IMG/VR virus record: IMGVR_UViG_2687453420_000002
Location: 35,126 to 99,125 of that record
Direction: 5' to 3' (one strand)
DNA length: 64,000 nt
From: a virus
Taxonomy: Duplodnaviria > Caudoviricetes
Each line of letters opens with the position of its first letter. Within the stretch, counting starts at the first letter, position 1. Both the position numbers and the translations under genes were made by a program. This document shows positions 62,052 through 64,000 of the stretch, in pieces. Under the pieces are notes generated by a model that saw nothing but the letters and a program-made list of their open reading frames with translations, did no database searches and was not told where the DNA came from.

Positions 62052-63047
62052 TTAAGATATTTTTTTATATTCATGTTTTATATTTTCTTCTGATAATTCT
62101 GCATATATCTGTGTGGTCGCCGGATTGTCATGACCCATGAGATGTTGTATAACTGGCAATGGCATACCTGCATTTAGTTTGCTAGTAGCAAAAGAATGTC
62201 TAAATAAATGAGGGTAAATAGATTTGTTTATGCCTGCTCTCTCCGCGATTTTTTTAATTTCTCTTTGAATACTTCTTCCACCTAACCTTGCATAAGATGT
62301 TCTAGATGTAACAAACAGTGCTTCATTATTATCTTTTCTTCTATTTAAATATTTTTTCAAATATATTTTAGTTTTAATATTAAAATAAACTTTACGTTCT
62401 TTATCACCCTTACCTATTACATTTAAAGACATTTCATTCCAATTTATATCATCTTTATTTACTCCAACCACCTCTGATAATCTGCACCCAGTAGATATCA
62501 GAAATTCCACTAGTGCCTTTTCTCTATCTGTTTTAGAAGCCTGCCTTAAAAGTTCTACTTCCTCTTCTGTCATAGCATGTCTTAATCGTTTGGGTTCTTT
62601 AGTTTGTTTTAGCTTCTTCGCTGGATTTTTAGGTATATACTCTTCATCTGCAAGCCAACCAAAGAAACTTTTTAATATAGAGATTTGTCCATTAACACTG
62701 CTTTGTTTCATGCTTTTGCATCTAACTGCTAAAAACATTCTTAGATCCATTGTATTTATAGCTACTATAGGTTTTCTTAAGTGACTTGCAAATATCAAAA
62801 GGTTATATTCATAATTCTTTAATGTCTTTTTACTAAGCCCATCCAGCTTTTTAGATGCCAGATATATCTGTAATTTTTCCTCTATATCGCTACTTACAAG
62901 AGCCGTCTCCTCTGGCAATATACTGTATTTATATAACACTTCCTCTGCTATACTTCTAACTTTTAATTGATCTATGTCTGGAAACTCTAAAGATAATTTT
63001 CCAACCAGTTTAATTACAACTTCTTCTTTACTGCTTGAACTATACAT
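62052..63047 (-). CDS. XerC/D-like tyrosine recombinase (phage B)
   Basis: Same catalytic motifs as, and close homolog of, 5703-6698. Confidence 0.93.
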   Translation of the reverse strand: MYSSSSKEEVVIKLVGKLSLEFPDIDQLKVRSIAEEVLYKYSILPEETALVSSDIEEKLQIYLASKKLDGLSKKTLKNYEYNLLIFASHLRKPIVAINTMDLRMFLAVRCKSMKQSSVNGQISILKSFFGWLADEEYIPKNPAKKLKQTKEPKRLRHAMTEEEVELLRQASKTDREKALVEFLISTGCRLSEVVGVNKDDINWNEMSLNVIGKGDKERKVYFNIKTKIYLKKYLNRRKDNNEALFVTSRTSYARLGGRSIQREIKKIAERAGINKSIYPHLFRHSFATSKLNAGMPLPVIQHLMGHDNPATTQIYAELSEENIKHEYKKIS

Positions 63048-63195
63048 ATAAATACCTCCTTGTATATTGCCATTAAAGGCAGTTTAGTTTTTATTTATAT
63101 CCTGGATCTAATTTTTGAAATACAACGTAAAAAATTATAAAATTGGCTTTTGAAGTAGTACGGTAGTTTAATAAATTATTTCCACTTTCTTTTTA

Positions 63196-63221
63196 ACACT
63201 CTTAAAAATATTACATAAATT
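63196..63221 (+). promoter_or_regulatory. SigK-type promoter for the SDR gene
   Basis: AC-N16-CATAAATT. Confidence 0.55.
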
Positions 63222-63253
63222 AATATATACAATATTCTTTAGGAGGAATAAAT

Positions 63254-64000
63254 TTGATTCATCACTACCCACATTTTGGTTATATAACAAAATGTACCAT
63301 GCTTCCTATAACCTTTCCACCCCAGCACCAGCCTGTACAGCCTGGATTAGAGGTACTTATGTATCCAAGACCCCTATTCAATAATTCAGAATATGTTGGA
63401 AGTGACAAATTAAAAAATAAAGTTACCTTAATTACCGGCGAAGATAGTGGCATTGGTAGAGCAGTATCTCTAGCCTTTGCTAAAGAAGGTGCAGACATTG
63501 TTATTGTATACTTTAACGAGCATGTAGATGCAACAGAAACAAAAGCATTAATAGAGGCCCAAGGAAGAAAGTGTATTTTAATTGCTGGTGATTTGAGGGA
63601 AGAGTCCTTTTGCAAGCGCATAGTTAAAGACGCACTTTGTACTTTTGGTCACCTTGACATATTAGTTAATAATGCTGGTGTTCAGTTTCCACAGGATAGC
63701 CTTGAAGATATTACCGCTGAACAATTGGAAGATACCTTTAGAACAAATATTTTTTCAATGTTCTATGTTACTAAAGCTGCGCTCCCTTACTTAAAAAAAG
63801 AAAGTAGCATTATAAACACTGCCTCAATTACAGCCTACAAGGGTGCTAAATTACTTATTGATTACTCTGCTACAAAGGGGGCTATTGTGAGCTTTACTCG
63901 TTCATTAGCTCTTTCTCTTGTATCAAAAGGTATAAGAGTTAATGGAGTTGCCCCTGGACCTACCTGGACACCTCTTATACCATCAAGTTATTCAGCATAA
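63254..64000 (+). CDS. Short-chain dehydrogenase/reductase (YhdF/YdaD-like), apparently truncated
   Basis: TGEDSGIG, LVNNAG, YSATKGA, VAPGP.WTPLIP; TAA at the window end precedes the usual C-terminus. Confidence 0.88.
   Translation: MIHHYPHFGYITKCTMLPITFPPQHQPVQPGLEVLMYPRPLFNNSEYVGSDKLKNKVTLITGEDSGIGRAVSLAFAKEGADIVIVYFNEHVDATETKALIEAQGRKCILIAGDLREESFCKRIVKDALCTFGHLDILVNNAGVQFPQDSLEDITAEQLEDTFRTNIFSMFYVTKAALPYLKKESSIINTASITAYKGAKLLIDYSATKGAIVSFTRSLALSLVSKGIRVNGVAPGPTWTPLIPSSYSA

Larger units (their letters stand above)
1..64000 (-). mobile_element. Nested/tandem temperate siphophage prophages; both outer ends lie outside the window
   Basis: Continuous phage modules; two copies of the tyrosine recombinase/late activator/PepSY/terS block (~2330-6760 and ~58080-63112). 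Confidence 0.9.

Noticed and set aside
549-63621. Numerous short ORFs antisense to long genes (e.g. 549-812, 6043-6435, 15979-16362, 24231-24767, 30734-31291, 63280-63621)
   Set aside because: Shadow ORFs of real genes with no RBS or recognisable motifs.

Overview
Low-GC Clostridium-type DNA (C. botulinum/sporogenes-like by gene content; inference) that is almost entirely temperate siphophage sequence. On the minus strand, from 64000 leftward: the late-early region of one phage (B: Xer-like tyrosine recombinase, late activator, morons), a full packaging/head/tail/lysis block, post-lysis accessory genes, an apparently intact attP beside a large serine integrase, a lysogeny switch, recombination/replication genes, then a second homologous late-early region (A) leading into a different terminase and portal. 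About 2.4-58.9 kb is therefore one circularly permuted ~56-kb phage unit bounded by long diverged direct repeats, i.e. a nested or tandem double prophage. Many genes carry 1-bp deletions or nonsense changes. Top leads: (1) an integron-like array of unrelated genes punctuated by a 13-bp motif next to the tyrosine recombinase; (2) a probable phage-borne selenoprotein with a SECIS hairpin in that array; (3) an integrase-A9-attP-HTH arrangement; (4) a pilin-like plus VirB4/VirD4-like ATPase module; (5) a tRNA-like RNA with an 18-nt anticodon loop. All calls come from reading motifs by eye; no database searches were run.
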